A stretch of 64,000 nt of DNA from Enoplolaimus lenunculus. Taxonomy: Eukaryota. The position numbers and the translations under genes are program-made. Location: contig JASANG010000627.1 of assembly GCA_030248215.1 (NCBI GenBank), positions 62,001 through 126,000 on the forward strand, written 5' to 3'. The notes under the pieces are model-generated. The model ran no database searches. It was not told where the DNA came from and worked only from the letters and a program-made list of their open reading frames with translations. Below are positions 11,931 through 25,821 of the stretch, one piece after another; the stretch's first letter is position 1, and each line of letters opens with the position of its first letter.

Positions 11931-14900
11931 ACGAGAGGAAAAAGATATTACAAGAGAAAAATATTTGCCCCTCGAAAAATAACTCGGTAAGTAGCGAGAA
12001 TTTTTTTGTCTTATATCCTACAAACGAATTCATAACGCAAGAGGTTAATACACTCGGCACGCGTTCCGACTGCAATAAAGTATAAAACTATGGGTGGCGC
12101 AATACAGCGCGGCACACGCCTTATAGAAAACAAAAATCGCAAACAATTTTTTTTGCGCTGAGTAGAAAATTGCACCGCAAAAGTATATTTGGTGGCGATC
12201 TCAGTACAACTTTATATTTTTATACATGACGCGTAACCAGGATTCTGGTTTCGGGGACGCATACGTCAATTACTTGAGCGTATTTATGGTTTCGTTTTCA
12301 AGTCATTTTGTTTTAACTGGCATTTGATTATTTACCAGAAATAAACTTGTCAAAGATATTGCAGTAAAAGCGAAGGTCCTCATGCGCGTTTGTGGATACG
12401 TCCCTGAATTAGTGTTCGCATAGAGGCGACGGTATCTTGTATTTGAAAAATACCATGACAATACTTTTTTGTCGAAAAATTTTGCGTTCAAAATCATTTT
12501 TACTGCGTGGTGAAACAGAAAAACTTTTTTCTTAATGTCAAAATTTTTGACGTTTTGAGTCGCAAACGTGAAAATTTTTATTTTGACTCTTAGAAGTTGA
12601 ATTTTAAAATAAAGTCGTTCGGTTGAGGTAGTATGCATGCAGTAGTATACATACATACTTATATATATAATATATGTGTGTGTGCGATTACGTATGCATG
12701 AAATTTAAACATTAACACAGCCGCAACAACCGTAGCTCAAATGCATAGTACCAGTTTTATAAACGTGAGTTCAAGCTAAGTGAAATGTGGGTAAGCAGTG
12801 GACTGAACCAGTGAAACTAACTCATCACAGGACGCGAGGGAGAAACAAAACGCAATTTTAGCACTAAATCTCAATACAAACTTTAAGTTTTGATTTATGT
12901 AGGGGACCAAGACCTGTATGGCCTTATAGCAATATGTGCATTAATTGTTAGCACAAAATTTTGGCATCGAGTCTTGATTAATGGAAAGGCCTGAGTAGGG
13001 CCTCTTGGATAGATCAGTATCCGCAGAGCACCATTGATTTTAAACTAGCTTCAATTTCGTAGCAAACCCGCAACACTTTTACAAGCGAGCAAAATTCGTT
13101 TTCCTGTATAATCCAGAGCGTTATTCAGAAGCCTATAAAAGCTGGTGTGCATGTATCTTCCTACACCGCTTTAAAGAAATTAATTCATGTCACAATTGAC
13201 TGTTGACCGAATGAGACGTTGGCAGAGTAAAGAATACGTGGGAATCATTTTTCCGCCGCTGCAGGATATAATGTGCACTTTGATGAAACAATTAATTTTG
13301 GGAGCATAGACAGAGCACAGAGGGGCCCAGGGGGCGGAGCCAATTTGGGAAAATTATGTGCGCTGCCTCGATGAGAGCAGGTTGACCTGATCACCGGTCT
13401 ACTCAACGTTTTTAAAAACTTAAATTTGGTGAAGCGTGTAGCATATTTGAAAGTATAAAAAATGGTGATGTGATATTACGTAGCTAAACAGCAAAGCCAC
13501 TAGGAGGTTTTGTAAAAGTAACGAAAGTTCTGAAATTGATAGTCTTTGGAGCATATACGAATAACGTAACATGCGTTCACACTTTCGACTGCACGACCAA
13601 TTTAAATTTAGGCTATTTTTCAAATTTTAAAATTAAACAGCTGGTCATGTTTTGTTTCGAACAATTACGTTAACACCAAGTTTTGCATGGTTAACAATGT
13701 TCAAGGGTTATGTTCGTATATTCAAATTGCGCTGACAAGTGCCTCCATCCGTGTGTCATGGGTTTAAATTCTAGCTTGAAATTAGATCACGGATAAAATT
13801 GAAAATATACAATGCGGAGAACGGTGTTGCTAGAAATCAATATAATGTTGTATTTTTGACAACAGTACTTGTTTTGTATCGATATTTAACTTTTAAACTG
13901 TATTTAATTCCAAATGTTTAAATCTTCAAATTCTTAAAGAAAACATTTAATCTCAAATGTATACTAAACACGCGTCATTTGATAGAGAATTTCGTCTTTA
14001 AAAATGAATGGAACAATCAATCACGGTTGAATAATAATTTTTGACAAAAAATTTTAAATACAAATTCATAAACGAACTGAGTAGTATGGGCTAGAACTGA
14101 AGAAGAGTTGAAGGTGAGGGATGTAAATTTAGGAAAATTCTCTATATAACATTAGATGAGTTCCAATGTGTACAATTTAACATCTTTTACAACAAAATAA
14201 TAAATTTTTTCGCAATCTGCAGTCAACATTTACCGCGAGAATTTGTGTAGATTTTTGGAACATAACGATTTAACGTTTGAACTATTTGTAGTTGCAAAAT
14301 TATTTTGAGTGCAATTTTTAGTTGACATTTTATCACGAAAATATTCTTACTGTAAACGTATTAAGGGTGCATTAATACAAAAATTAAATGCAAAAATTTA
14401 AAATTTGAAAACTCATCATGTGCTCAATACAATTTATAAATCTGAATACATAATTGCAGATTTACGTATATATAAAAGAGAGAGTAAGAAATGAATTAGA
14501 ACATTGCTATGAATGTTTCTAATTTGAGACATTGCGCGTATTCTAAAAAGTTTATCTTTTCAACTATTTTGGGGTCCTTTTTTGAACTAAATTATATATC
14601 CAGTAGCCCACTGAACGACATAAGAGTGGAACTGTATTTTGCATTAATTATTTTGAAATAATACATTGAAAAACTTGGTACTTGTACACTTTGCTGCGCA
14701 CTCTAAATGTTAAGCTTAATGGTCGGCTTAGACTTACGCAAACGTTCAAGCTTATCTTAATAGACTTAAGCATACGCAAAGTTTTTCGCCTAAACCTAAA
14801 CCAAGCAGTAAATATAAGGGAAAGCATACGAAATCCAAAAGGTCATTAGCGACAAGTATTGAAACGACTGTAGCCTCAACTTTTTAAACGGTTTTTTGTA

Positions 14901-15324
14901 AGCGGAGAAACTCTAAAATGTATCGCTTGTGTACCAAAACGTTTATTATGGAAACGCTTTGTAGCGGTTATGAAAACGCTATTTTAGCATCAATATAAAA
15001 AGGCTTATTTTGAAACGCGAAGAAGTTATTTTAATTTTGACATAATTTGTTAGCGGCACTTGATTGTAACTGAATATTATATCTAAAATTACAAAAGTGC
15101 TTAATTGAAAGCGATTATTTATTTCAGAGCAAATTAACCTCGCACTCACGCAAAAGTATCAATACACATTTGTCAAACGAGTGTAAGTGGATGTCCGTTT
15201 GCGTTTCGGGGAAAAAATTGCTGTTAGCCGTGGTGTCTGCTATAGAAATACCGGAAAATCCGTTATTTTAATTTTTATGTTCATAACTATAGATATCTTA
15301 GTAAGCTGAAAATGTTTCGCTTAA

Positions 15325-15584
15325 CCCATGATCACATGAATATTTTCCATTTCATCTGAGGCCTACATTTATGCTAGGATTCGAACTCCAGTGACTGGAG
15401 TGGGAGGCGTATACCATCACCACTCAGCTATAGGAGCTTGACGCTCTAGCCCGAGGGGGTTCACACGTCTTATGGTGATTTAGTACTATGTATACGTGTT
15501 GCAATTGCTAAACACTGTACGATATATTATTTAACGTATATACACTCCGTCAGTTGCCCATAGTCAACTGTATCTGAGAAGGGG
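15325..15584. mobile_element. piggyBac-like MITE family B copy
   Basis: TTAA on both sides and CCC/GGG ends. Colinear with 7833-8094. Confidence 0.78.
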
Positions 15585-16861
15585 TTAATAATCAGTTATT
15601 TTTCAATACAGAGATGTGTTGCTGGTTCAATTTTGTAAAATAACAAAATTCTTGGAAACAAAAATATTATTGCCATTTCGCAGTTATCTTGGTATCTAAA
15701 ATTTTATGTTTTAAACTTTTATACTCCAATATTCACTTTCTGTTTCCGTTCTTTTCGTCACTATCCGTGGCTGTTTCTAAAGTATTGTTTCTAGGAATCT
15801 AAACGTGGTAAAGTCTCTTGATGCAAAATTTAATGCATATATTTGCAATTTTTGCTTCACCGGAGCTATAGGTATTTCTGTAACGGAAACGGAACCAAAC
15901 ACCGTTTTTACCATATACAGATATCGAGTTACACCCTTGTGTGCCGCGTTACATTTTTCAGAATCTAACTATCATCAAACAATTACAACTCCAGTTCAAA
16001 ATAATATTTGAAATCGTCTTAATTCTTTATCTGCGTCTGTGTGTTTCAAAAACTGTACTCAATTTTTATAGACAGGTTTTGAGGAAATTACTTCGAAAGC
16101 AAACACACCAAGTTGTTTGTTTTCGACTTGTTTGCCCGTAAAAGCATATTCCAGTGAAATCATTTCAAGATAAATACAGACCAACAGTTGCCTAGAATGC
16201 CTCAACACAATCAACATTATATTTTGGTTGATTAAACACCGTAAGCGCAGCATGTACAGGTTTAACAAATTTTAGTCGAAGTTGTATTAATTGCATAATA
16301 TAAAATTACCATTCCTGATAAAATCACAATAGAAACTGTACTTTTGATTTTTTAAATCAATTTAGTTTTTCAACGCAAATGCTTTTTGTTCGCTTGTGAA
16401 ATATCAGACATAAAATTCTGGCAATGAAGTAATCTTTATCATCTCGGCCAATGTGTAGCGCCGTAACAGTAGTATATTAGCATATATATTATTAAGCTGA
16501 AACCTAAATGTACGCCTATAAGTGTACGAATGACCTTATACCTAACCCTAAGCAAAAAATAATTTACAGCTTAAACTTTCTCTATTGCATTCCCACAGAA
16601 AAACGTTCCGCCCCTGATCATCTCTTTACGTGACCGTCAACTCGAATTGTTGCAAATTTGAACCAGTTTCGCACCTTTACATTTTAGATACCGGATAATC
16701 TTACTAATTTAGATTCTCTGAGGTTGACTGCTGGAATAAATTATTCTGTAAGGTTGACTGCCGGGAAAAATTATATTTTATAGAATCGCATTGCACAATA
16801 AGCGAGTTCAGCGTATATGTTTTCAAGCTTCATTTTAGAAAATAAATACTATGAAAACTTG

Positions 16862-17054
16862 GGCCCATGTTAATACTTTAAAGGGCGTTCAGGTTTCTGG
16901 TGGGTATATAAAACAGTACGTTTAGATTCTAGATTACATTTTTTTCTTAGGCTTAGGCTTAGGCTTAGGAACACATTCTTGTAACGCTTAGGCTTTGGCT
17001 TAGGCTTAGGAATGCGCTTAATCTACTATTACACCCCTTAAAGTAACATTGGCC
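16862..17054. mobile_element. Family E subfamily 2 MITE with TTAGGC core
   Basis: ggcccatgttaatactttaaagggcg ... ccccttaaagtaacattggcc, with exact 8-bp TSD aaaacttg. Confidence 0.83.
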
Positions 17055-17965
17055 AAAACTTGTATTCATGGTTAATGTTTCCAAAACGTAAGAATGGCTA
17101 CGACAAGACCTTTCGTATATTTGGCTAAAGATTTGGCAAATAGCCATTTCACCTTGTTAGGGGGCTTAAAATTTTCAGGAGTGGCATACAAGGGAGTTCG
17201 TTGACCAACAAGCGAGGTTGAAAATGTTCTGGGGGGCATAAACGTTTCACGTGGAGGGTGCTGAGTCTTAATGCCCCCATTGACAACGGGTCCACTTGTG
17301 TTGTTGTTGTTGTAATTCACACAGTGACAGATCTAATCCAACAAACTTGCAACATGACGGTTTTGTAAAGTATCAGCCTTTCTAACATTCGCCCTATTTT
17401 CAATGGTTGGCTAGGTTTGTATTGGACATTTAATTTAAATATTGATTTTGATGAAAAACATCGAATTTTAATCTGCGTCGATTGGGCCTTTACATCGGCT
17501 TAAGCCCAAAAAAATTACATGATTTGTCGAATATTAACGCTAGGCTTGGCATGACCTTAAAATTTACATTTATTATATTTTGGCATAATTTAGACATTGT
17601 TCAGATGTAACAAATATAGTTTTTTGTGCCAACACAATTTGGTTTATGAGTTGGAGGAAGTGAATTATATGTTTGAAACCAATAAGAAAATTAAATTTGC
17701 AGTAGAGCGGAAGGTAGATTTAAAATTATTGTACCACGCACTTATGTTTATCACAACCTAAATTTAGTTATCGCACCCCCGAACAACGTAGATCGCATAC
17801 GCAGTATTTTATAGAATGCTTTATTTTGCATGCGTTTTCATAGTTTTGGTTTCTTTCTGTGCAACGTCGCATGAGTAGTACCATTGGACCGTGAGAACTC
17901 ACATATTTATATGCTCGCAATCAGAACACCAGTATTTTGCTTTAGAGAACGTAACTTTGTATCGC

Positions 17966-18205
17966 TATAATAAGAGTCCGTAAGCGGATAGAGTTTCTAA
18001 ACCCTAGTTAGAGACCATAAATGTCAATTATCCCTAAATTGTTTGTAGCGCATAAATGACTGCAGGACCAAATAAAGTTGAGTTCGAAACTTGAAAGCAT
18101 ACTTAAGTTTTGAAAGTACTTACATTCATAAGTATAACCTAACAGGCGCACCCTTTGGAGAGGCCAAATAAATATCAGTCTCCGCTTTTATTCAGGTTAC
18201 TACAG
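17966..18205. mobile_element. MITE family A, deleted copy
   Basis: Shared body (aataagagtccgtaagcggatagag..ggaccaaataaagttgagttcgaa) and right end ttattcaggttactacag-TA. Confidence 0.75.
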
Positions 18206-18706
18206 TATTTATGATGAATTTCATTAAGACGACCGGCACTTGTTTTCCAATACAAAAGCATAAGTAATGTCGCAACGCAAGTAGTCCTGCCAAACGATTC
18301 CATGAACTTCAATTGGAAATTAGCCTAGAAAACTGCATTTAACAAACAGAAATTCTTGCAAAAGCATAGCATTCCGGATATTTTTAACAAAATTTCCTGT
18401 TGCACTAAAACTAAACGATACGTAACTGTTTTAGTTCACGTTTAGCAAATTTTTAGTATCTTTAGACTACGAAATGCACCAAATTCAGAAATTATATTTG
18501 AAAGGTTTCAGAACCATTTGCCAATAAAATTCATTTTGAACATCAAAAAACAATTTGCTAAACAAAATTATAAGTACGACAGAGCTGGTGAAAGTGATGT
18601 ATATACAGCTGATCGTTCTGTATCTGACAAAGTGAACAGGGGAATTCAGTGCCAGATAGCGCGACTGCTATTTTGCGCAGAAGCCTCACTGAAGGATAAC
18701 TAGTAC

Positions 18707-18952
18707 CACACTCAAAATAATATTTCTGATATTTAAAAAAAAAATTTCTGACATTTAAGAAATATAATTAGCAAGGTGCACTTGAAAAGTGTTTCTGCTA
18801 TGACAGAAATGTTTTTGAAAAAGTTTTCGAACAAAGACTGAAAATATACGTTTTCCAGTTATTTTTAGAAAAATTGTCTTAATCAGAAAAATTTATCAGA
18901 GTTGTCACACAAAATACTTTTCTAAATAAATTCAGAAATACTTTTTTGTGTG
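18707..18952. mobile_element. CACAC-ended AT-rich MITE
   Basis: cacactcaaaataatatttctga ... tcagaaatacttttttgtgtg imperfect TIRs. Confidence 0.5.
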
Positions 18953-21016
18953 TATATGCCTTAAAAAATCCCAAACCTGCTTGGCTACAATTCCAAAACA
19001 CCAGCCAATAATTTATAGATTTTTGAAAGAAAAATTAATAATAAACATTACGAACATCACAGCTAATCGTTCCGACGTTTAATCAATATATAATGCATTC
19101 GACATTTCATCACGCAGCCTTGTACGCAATCTTGTCGCTGTTCATTGGACAAGCGTTTTCGGGAATATTTTTTATGCCAGGTAAAGCTATACAAGATATG
19201 GCTACTGGACAACTAGAAATATTAAGGAACAAAAACATATCCTTGTAGTCAGAGATACTGCAAATTTATCGCGTAGTTCTTGTACGACGTTTTTCCGCAT
19301 TTAAAGGCTTAATAGGTTTTGTTTTTTGTGTATTTATTTCCGCTAGCATTTAGTTTATAACAGAAAACTTTTGCCAAAGTTATTGCAGGGTATTATGAGA
19401 CCCTTTTGACCCCACTCTGGATACGGTTTCTCGAAAGCAGCTCAATATTCCAGAAGGGGGACAAGAAATAGCAGGACGAGATTCAGAAAATTTTCCATGT
19501 GGCCCATATGTTTTTCAAAGAGGCTGAGTAGCTCTAATCCTCCTCTGACTCCGAGCCCAAATTTAAATTGAAAACCTCGTGCGCTGGCTTGCAATATTTA
19601 CTGAATAAAGTTTACTAATTTTAAGCGCACATGACTGGCAAAGAGATATCTACGGCGATCGGTGATTCGACAATTAAGCGAGCGATAGCAGACATGCAGC
19701 CATTGACGCAAGAGTTTTGTGACGTCCTGGAATCTGAATTGACCAATCGGCTCGCGTTTTACGCGACTTTACCGATAACCAAAGCTGAAACTGAAATTTT
19801 GATTCGTTATTTGCTTGAAGTCAATCGTGATCGTTTCGCCGAGTGTGATCGACTACAGTTTTAAACAGTAAACGAATAAATCAGGAACTCAGACATTAAA
19901 GTTGTCGGAAGAGTTGAAGTTGCAAATTGAGTCTAACTTTGCGCTTTATTCAAAATTTTTAAAATTTAACATTTAAAGATCTCTAAAGAGCTAAGCATAG
20001 TTAAGCATATATTTGAGACAAATTGCGTAATATTGTTGAGAAATAGAAATTTTTGGCTTCCGCCAAACCTTTGATGCTTATTAACCGCATGATTTAGTAA
20101 CTACGTCTCATAATGACATCGGGAGCAGAGCATTTTTGCGGGACTACAGCTGAGTAAGTTTATTTTTCTTTGGCTTAGGCTTACAAATATGCTTTATGTT
20201 TTACTATAAAATAAACTGTAACGGCCCTGTTTTATACATTGGCTGCAACGAGCTATGGTTTTGACAAACAGGCTAGAAAATCGTAGACTTGGTTTACGAG
20301 TTTGTTTCAGCGTCTAAATTTACGGTAAGCTAGCTTCTCTTAATAGCTTAGACTAAGGCTAGATAGATCTCACTGCTTAACGTGTAGTGTTGAACATTTT
20401 TCGTAACCATTAATATTAATTCCATAAACAGTATTAAGTATTGTTTTGTCGCGTTGTTATGTTGAAACAACGTAAATTATCTGGCTGTGAATAACTCATT
20501 ATCTCGAGTTTGCGTTTATGGCATATCTTTTGTAGAATTCCTCGAATGACTGGCGTCAACCACAGATTGCTTTTCAGATTTTCTTATCACACTGGGCTGT
20601 TTGTTGCATTCCTATTAATTGTGCACTGAATATTACGCAGTAAAATTAAATACGTTTTGTCTAAAAACTAGAATAATTTTTGACCCCAAAGGCAGGAACC
20701 ACAATCTGTCTGTGATATCGTAGTTTTAGTTACTGCATGCAACGATTATGACAATAAAAATATTATTCGAACGTACAGATTTGTTTTAATCGAAACCATT
20801 TCAGCAGAAGTGGTACGCGTGTTATTTCCGGTCGTTAATACCGCAAAATACCAATATATTTTTAGGAATTTGCGTAATATTTTTGCTCAGGAACACAGGT
20901 GCAGGTTAAGGCTTAGGGTTAGTTTTAGACTTATCGCATACTAAAGGCTTACGCTTTGGCTAAGGAGTATTAGCTTTTAGATACTGCTATGAACCTAAGA
21001 TAAACTTTTACTCATG

Positions 21017-21225
21017 CACTGCAAAAAATGGTGAGTCAAATTGACTCTCTCCGAAATAGGCTCTACGGACTACACAAACTGAGTCAAATTCGACTCCGCC
21101 AGAGTCAAACGTGCGATTTAGTGAGTCGAATTTGCCTCTGGCTGAGTCGAATTTGACTCAGTTTGTGTAGTCCCGTAGAGCCTATTTCGGAGAGAGTCAA
21201 TTTGACTCACCATTTTTTTGCAGTG
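21017..21225. mobile_element. CACTG-ended foldback MITE (EnSpm/CMC-like, family C)
   Basis: Near-perfect palindrome cactgcaaaaaatggtgagtcaaattgactc ... gagtcaatttgactcaccatttttttgcagtg, with a 2-bp TG duplication. Confidence 0.85.
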
Positions 21226-21644
21226 TGCTTCCAACACATTTTCAAGCTAACTCAACCCTGTGTACCACGTAGTAATTGGAATAACGAAAACTGATGTTTA
21301 AATATATATAAAAAGTATAAAAGATGATTTATTTTTCTGCCTTATAGATTTTGTACTGAATTAGCCGGCAAGGATATTCTTCAAATCTAATTTAGCAAAT
21401 TTACCTACTTACATGAGTTCATTTCCAAACATGGTATAATGAATAAATATTTTCGAAGTTTTCAATTTATTTTTACGTTGCACACTATGTGACACTTATC
21501 GCGTTAGCTTGAAGTTTCTTTGCCAAAAAATAACAGATAACATCAAAACTAAAATATATCCTGAAAATAATGATTTTTCGCTATTTCCGTATGCAAATCT
21601 GTACCCCTCAATGTAAGCTTTGACATTTTTTCTTCACAGAGCGA

Positions 21645-21820
21645 CATCAGCGCTACGCTCACCACGCACCGCTGGCGCGGTAAATATTTTGCCTCACGTC
21701 GCCGCGCGGCACTGTAAAATTTTTCATTAAAAATTTCCGCACGACGCCCCTTGGCGGCGTACGGCGGCGCGTGGCGGCTTCCGGCGGCGCCTGGCTCCGC
21801 AAAGTATAACGCAACCCTAA
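21645..21820. mobile_element. GC-rich Harbinger-like MITE remnant
   Basis: Ends aaagtataacgcaaccc-TAA. Shares cgcgcggcac.gt.aaaattt with ~31655-31805. Confidence 0.5.
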
Positions 21821-21949
21821 CGACACAGCTGATAGGCGTAAACGTTGAAAAGGAGAACAAACAAGTAACTTGAACTGTTTACCCTTTCCTGTATAGAGAG
21901 TACTATGAGCAACTAAATTGCACATAGCCGATAAACAATACATTTTAAA

Positions 21950-22142
21950 CAATTAAACACACAGGCACTGATGTGTGTAGTACGAAATCTCCATAAGACG
22001 TGGGAGTCCATCTCGGGCTCGAGCATCATGCTGCTATGCCTGAGTTGTAATGGTAAACACATCTCACCGGAGAGACTGACGTACAAATCTTAGCTGAAAA
22101 ATAGGACTCTCAAGAAATAGAAAATATTCATGCAGGAAAGGG
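21950..22142. mobile_element. Degenerate inverted family B copy
   Basis: Reverse-complement similarity: ataagacgtg..ctcgggctcgagc..aaatagaaaatattcatg..aaaggg. Confidence 0.6.
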
Positions 22143-22700
22143 TTGAAATTTTTTACAAAATATATTTTAAATTAAGTTTTTTGTGTGTGAAGATAGAAAT
22201 AAAAGAAAACAGTTAATCAACGATTTTGTCAACTAAATTCAAGAAAAATCCATTTTACTGTAAGCAGACACCTATTTTGGGGAAGTTCAACTGACTTGAC
22301 CCCTCGCTAGATTATCGGTTCGTCCATGGAAAGCGGAAACAGTTGTCAAGGTAGCTGTCGCGTTTTTGAATGGAAGTTAGTCGAGTTTAAAGTGTAAATA
22401 CAAAAAATGCGTGTGCAGTAAGACAACAAGCATGATTTCTGCTTGTGCTCTGAAAAGATCGCTTTTAAACTTAATATATATTTTGTTCAAAACGCAAAAA
22501 TAGAAATGAACGTTTATTTCTGAACCAAGCTAATTCCATACTACGACCGTGTATATATACAGTTTTATTGGTAGGACTGTGCTTTGCGTCCCCTGATCCC
22601 TGCCTGTTGGTGGTTGCCCGATATTGGTAACCAAAATTAGTGTTAAAAATCAACTGGATTGAAACCTAAAGATTTTTGAGGAATCTGAGCGCAATAATAG

Positions 22701-22893
22701 GGCCCATGTAAGGATCAGGAGCAGACCATTTTTCTACGGAACTGTTAAACAAAAAGCTTTTAGCTTTAGACTAAATTTTTGCTTAAGCTTAGGTTTGGGC
22801 TTAGTATGAGGTCATTGTTACGCTTTACACGCTCAGGCTTTGGTTTAGGAGTCTGCTTATACTGCAGTAACGGACCAGTTCTATATATTGGCC
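22701..22893. mobile_element. Family E MITE
   Basis: ggcccatgtaa ... gttctatatattggcc with degenerate TTAGGC core. Confidence 0.7.
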
Positions 22894-23994
22894 TTCAATA
22901 GTCACATGCAACAAGTTCTTGAATCCGGTCAATATCACTCTGTATGGGGGAAAGACGAAACTATGTTTAGCTACATGGCGTAAACTTCAGTTTTCAGAGA
23001 GGTCGGGCAACCCTATTCACGACCGTAATATATCGCACAACTGAGAAAAAACCAAACTGTTAAACATTTTATAACCCTTATTGCCTCTCACCCCCAACTA
23101 TTAATAATCAGTTTCATAACAATCAAACACATTATTTTTTTACACTTGCCTTCACACACCCCTTTCAGGCACGGCCCTTGACCTGTACTTTTAGTTTGAT
23201 CGCGTTGCAACAACCACTGCTTCGCTGCAGCATTTTTTCAACCGCAGCATCAAGTGCTTATTCGCCGTGCTGACATTCAAAGCGGAAGCCTTTTTTGATA
23301 AAAAAAGTGTCGTTTAATTCGTCTTTCCAACTTTTGTTTCGATTGCAAATTACATTTGGTTGAAAATGGCTCCAATTGAGCGTACACATGGTGTAAAATG
23401 GACGATTGCTTTCGTCATCGTTGTCCCAGTATAAAAGTCCCGTATATAAAGGCAAAAGTCATCGGATGGATAAAAATACAGGCGATATATATGTTAGTAT
23501 TTATACGGCGCATACGGATCGCTTGACGTATAGTAGCCACTGTGCTAAAATTATAAGCAAAACACTTGAATATGTATGAATTGTCCACTAGTGGATTCAA
23601 AGGGAAGGGGCGAGGGGTTAGGCATACGCCCTCCCGTCAGAATTTTTGTTGTGATAAAATAGTAAGGTTCGTAGCCCAGCGCAAAAAAATGGTTCACCTT
23701 TCAAAATAACATGTGCCCAAATATTGAAGACTGGTAAACACCGAAATGTTTCAGTATATTTGACTCTTGCACACTGTTCAGCACATTTACGGTTGGACTT
23801 CCGATTGGGTTTGCGAACAGGCTTACATATATCTAAGGCTTTGCCCAACATAAAGTTATATATAATGAAGTAACAAATGCTGGAATCTGCCAGTAAATCA
23901 GCTGCTTCTATACTTAAGGTTTGGATACCGAAACGTTGATCTATGCCATCGGTACAACCAACATAATTTGCTATACTTCATGTATATTGATTTA

Positions 23995-24270
23995 AGCCGT
24001 ATTCACACGTACAAGTTTTTGCTGCGAGAACTTGCAGCTGCGAATTACTGCGCAGAACTTGCATTTTTTCATCAGTCAATGAGAAAGCGGATGCAATCAA
24101 TTCATTGAACTTGCACGGTTACTCACACATGTGAACTAAATTCCCAGCTTTGATTTTTAATGAATTATTTGCAGCTGCAAGTTTTTCGAACGGGATTTCG
24201 GATAAAACTTGCAAGTACAAGTTGCCGCTGCAAGTTATCGCAGCAAAAACTTGCACGTGTCAATAGGGCC
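23995..24270. mobile_element. PIF/Harbinger-type MITE (family D)
   Basis: TIR agccgtattcacacgtacaagtttttgctgcga / aaaacttgcacgtgtcaatagggcc, with repeated aacttgca motif. Confidence 0.8.
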
Positions 24271-24611
24271 GAAGGCATACTTTTTGAAAAGCGTGAGACA
24301 AAATAACTTTATCTTAACTACTTAGCTACGCTATTTTAGCGCAAAATGAAGCGAAATTGATTTGTTTGTCATTTTATGGGAATATTTCCAAAATCTATTA
24401 ATGTTTCTGTTAAGTTAGCAACATTTAGATTTTCTAAGTAGTGCAGTGTCCCAAAGGACCAAGAAATGTGTACTGGTTAAACTCTAAGGTGTTTGTTAAA
24501 CTCTAAGGTGTTTGTTATGCAAAATTATACCTATGCTATTTAAGATATTAATACACACCGCTAATTTATTGTACGATGAATTATAATGGCTTTGTTTTTG
24601 TTCGTAGTTCA

Positions 24612-24777
24612 GGCCAATGTACAGATCATGGGCGTAACGTTTTACTGCGGGACTGCGATAAAGAAAGCTTAAGGTTGATACTTTGTTGCTTGGACTGTGT
24701 AAGTTCAATCTTACTCTTAGGCTTAGGCTTAGGAATATGCTTATACTACTATTACAGCCATGTTCTTTACATTGGCC
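24612..24777. mobile_element. Family E MITE
   Basis: ggccaatgta ... tacattggcc with TTAGGC core. Flanks gtagttca / gtaattca. Confidence 0.75.
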
Positions 24778-25525
24778 GTAATTCACAGTTTATCTCAATT
24801 CAAAGCCGTTAAAGCTTGTTGAATTATTAAGGCAATGTTTTGTCAGTATGCATATTTATATATCATTGGCGATCTAAGCACTTTTTTCGGGAGGGACGGG
24901 CTTTTTAGATATTTTATTTTAATATTTTACAGAACATCAAAAATTTCGGTGACTCAATACATGGCGATAAATTTTTGAATGACAATGCTGATATTTTTCA
25001 TTCTATCAACGAAGCATTCAAAATAGTGAGAAAACTGTCAAAATGAACGTAAATTTTAATTAATCACAATTTTTCTGATTTTAAGCTGAATATGGGAAAA
25101 GAATTTTAAATTTGCAGCTAAAACAAAACCATTGTATAGAGCCAAAATTTCGGCAAGGAGAAAAACGATATCCCTCGCCGCGCTTTCTGGAGAGCTGAGT
25201 AAATGTTTTGCGGGCTTCATCTGATTTTGTCCAAGGAATAAAGAAAGTTTACTTTGCTACGATCGCTCGCCAAAAAACATGTTGCACGAGTATTACATTC
25301 GCGGACTTTTAAATTCTATCTACGCAACTGCAAACGATAATTTTGTGCGGTTTCAATGGCTGAGCACCAGTGCGGCGGATCAAAGGCTTCTTGTTGCAAA
25401 AAATACACTGCGTTACGCTTCGAAATTTTACACTTTTTAAAGTGCGTGTTTAGCAAATATGTAAGGAACCAGAAAGTAGTCCAAATTAAGCCGCAAAGAG
25501 TAACTGTACAGTCTTTTTGCGAGCT

Positions 25526-25531
25526 TTTATT
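25526..25531 (-). promoter_or_regulatory. Candidate poly(A) signal of the membrane NIDO/EGF gene
   Basis: AATAAA on the minus strand ~290 nt after the stop at 25822. The hexamer is common in AT-rich DNA. Confidence 0.3.
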
Positions 25532-25821
25532 GCTCTGTAAGATCATACCAGAAAGAACAAACTGAGTGGGGGTTAAATGATACGTAATTTGTTGGTTCCG
25601 CAGTTTGAACTGGTCCACGTTTCAAGCCACATCAGCTAAAGTTTCGCGCCACGTTGTTTTAGTTTATCTCCATTTGAATAAGCCGCGTTAGCTTAATATT
25701 TCCAAAAGTTAACGTACAAACAAGTTGTAAAAGGAGTTTCTAAAAGCTGACGTGTCACACTTTGGGCTAGTTCCTCGTTCTTTACAAAATATATCAAACA
25801 GAATTATTTACAACGGTCAAA

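Noticed and set aside
11358..12075. Hydrophobic or N/Q/K-rich ORFs resembling membrane proteins
   Set aside because: Translations of (AAAC)n/(AAC)n/(AAT)n microsatellites. The same applies to 44655-44855.
13320..13350. GC box plus CCAAT (ggggcggagccaat) as a promoter
   Set aside because: No adjacent gene start identified, and short motifs alone are insufficient.
19631..19864. 77-aa plus-strand ORF
   Set aside because: No recognisable domain or splice structure. It contains CCAAT/TGACGTC-like motifs and may be regulatory or TE-derived, but neither can be supported.
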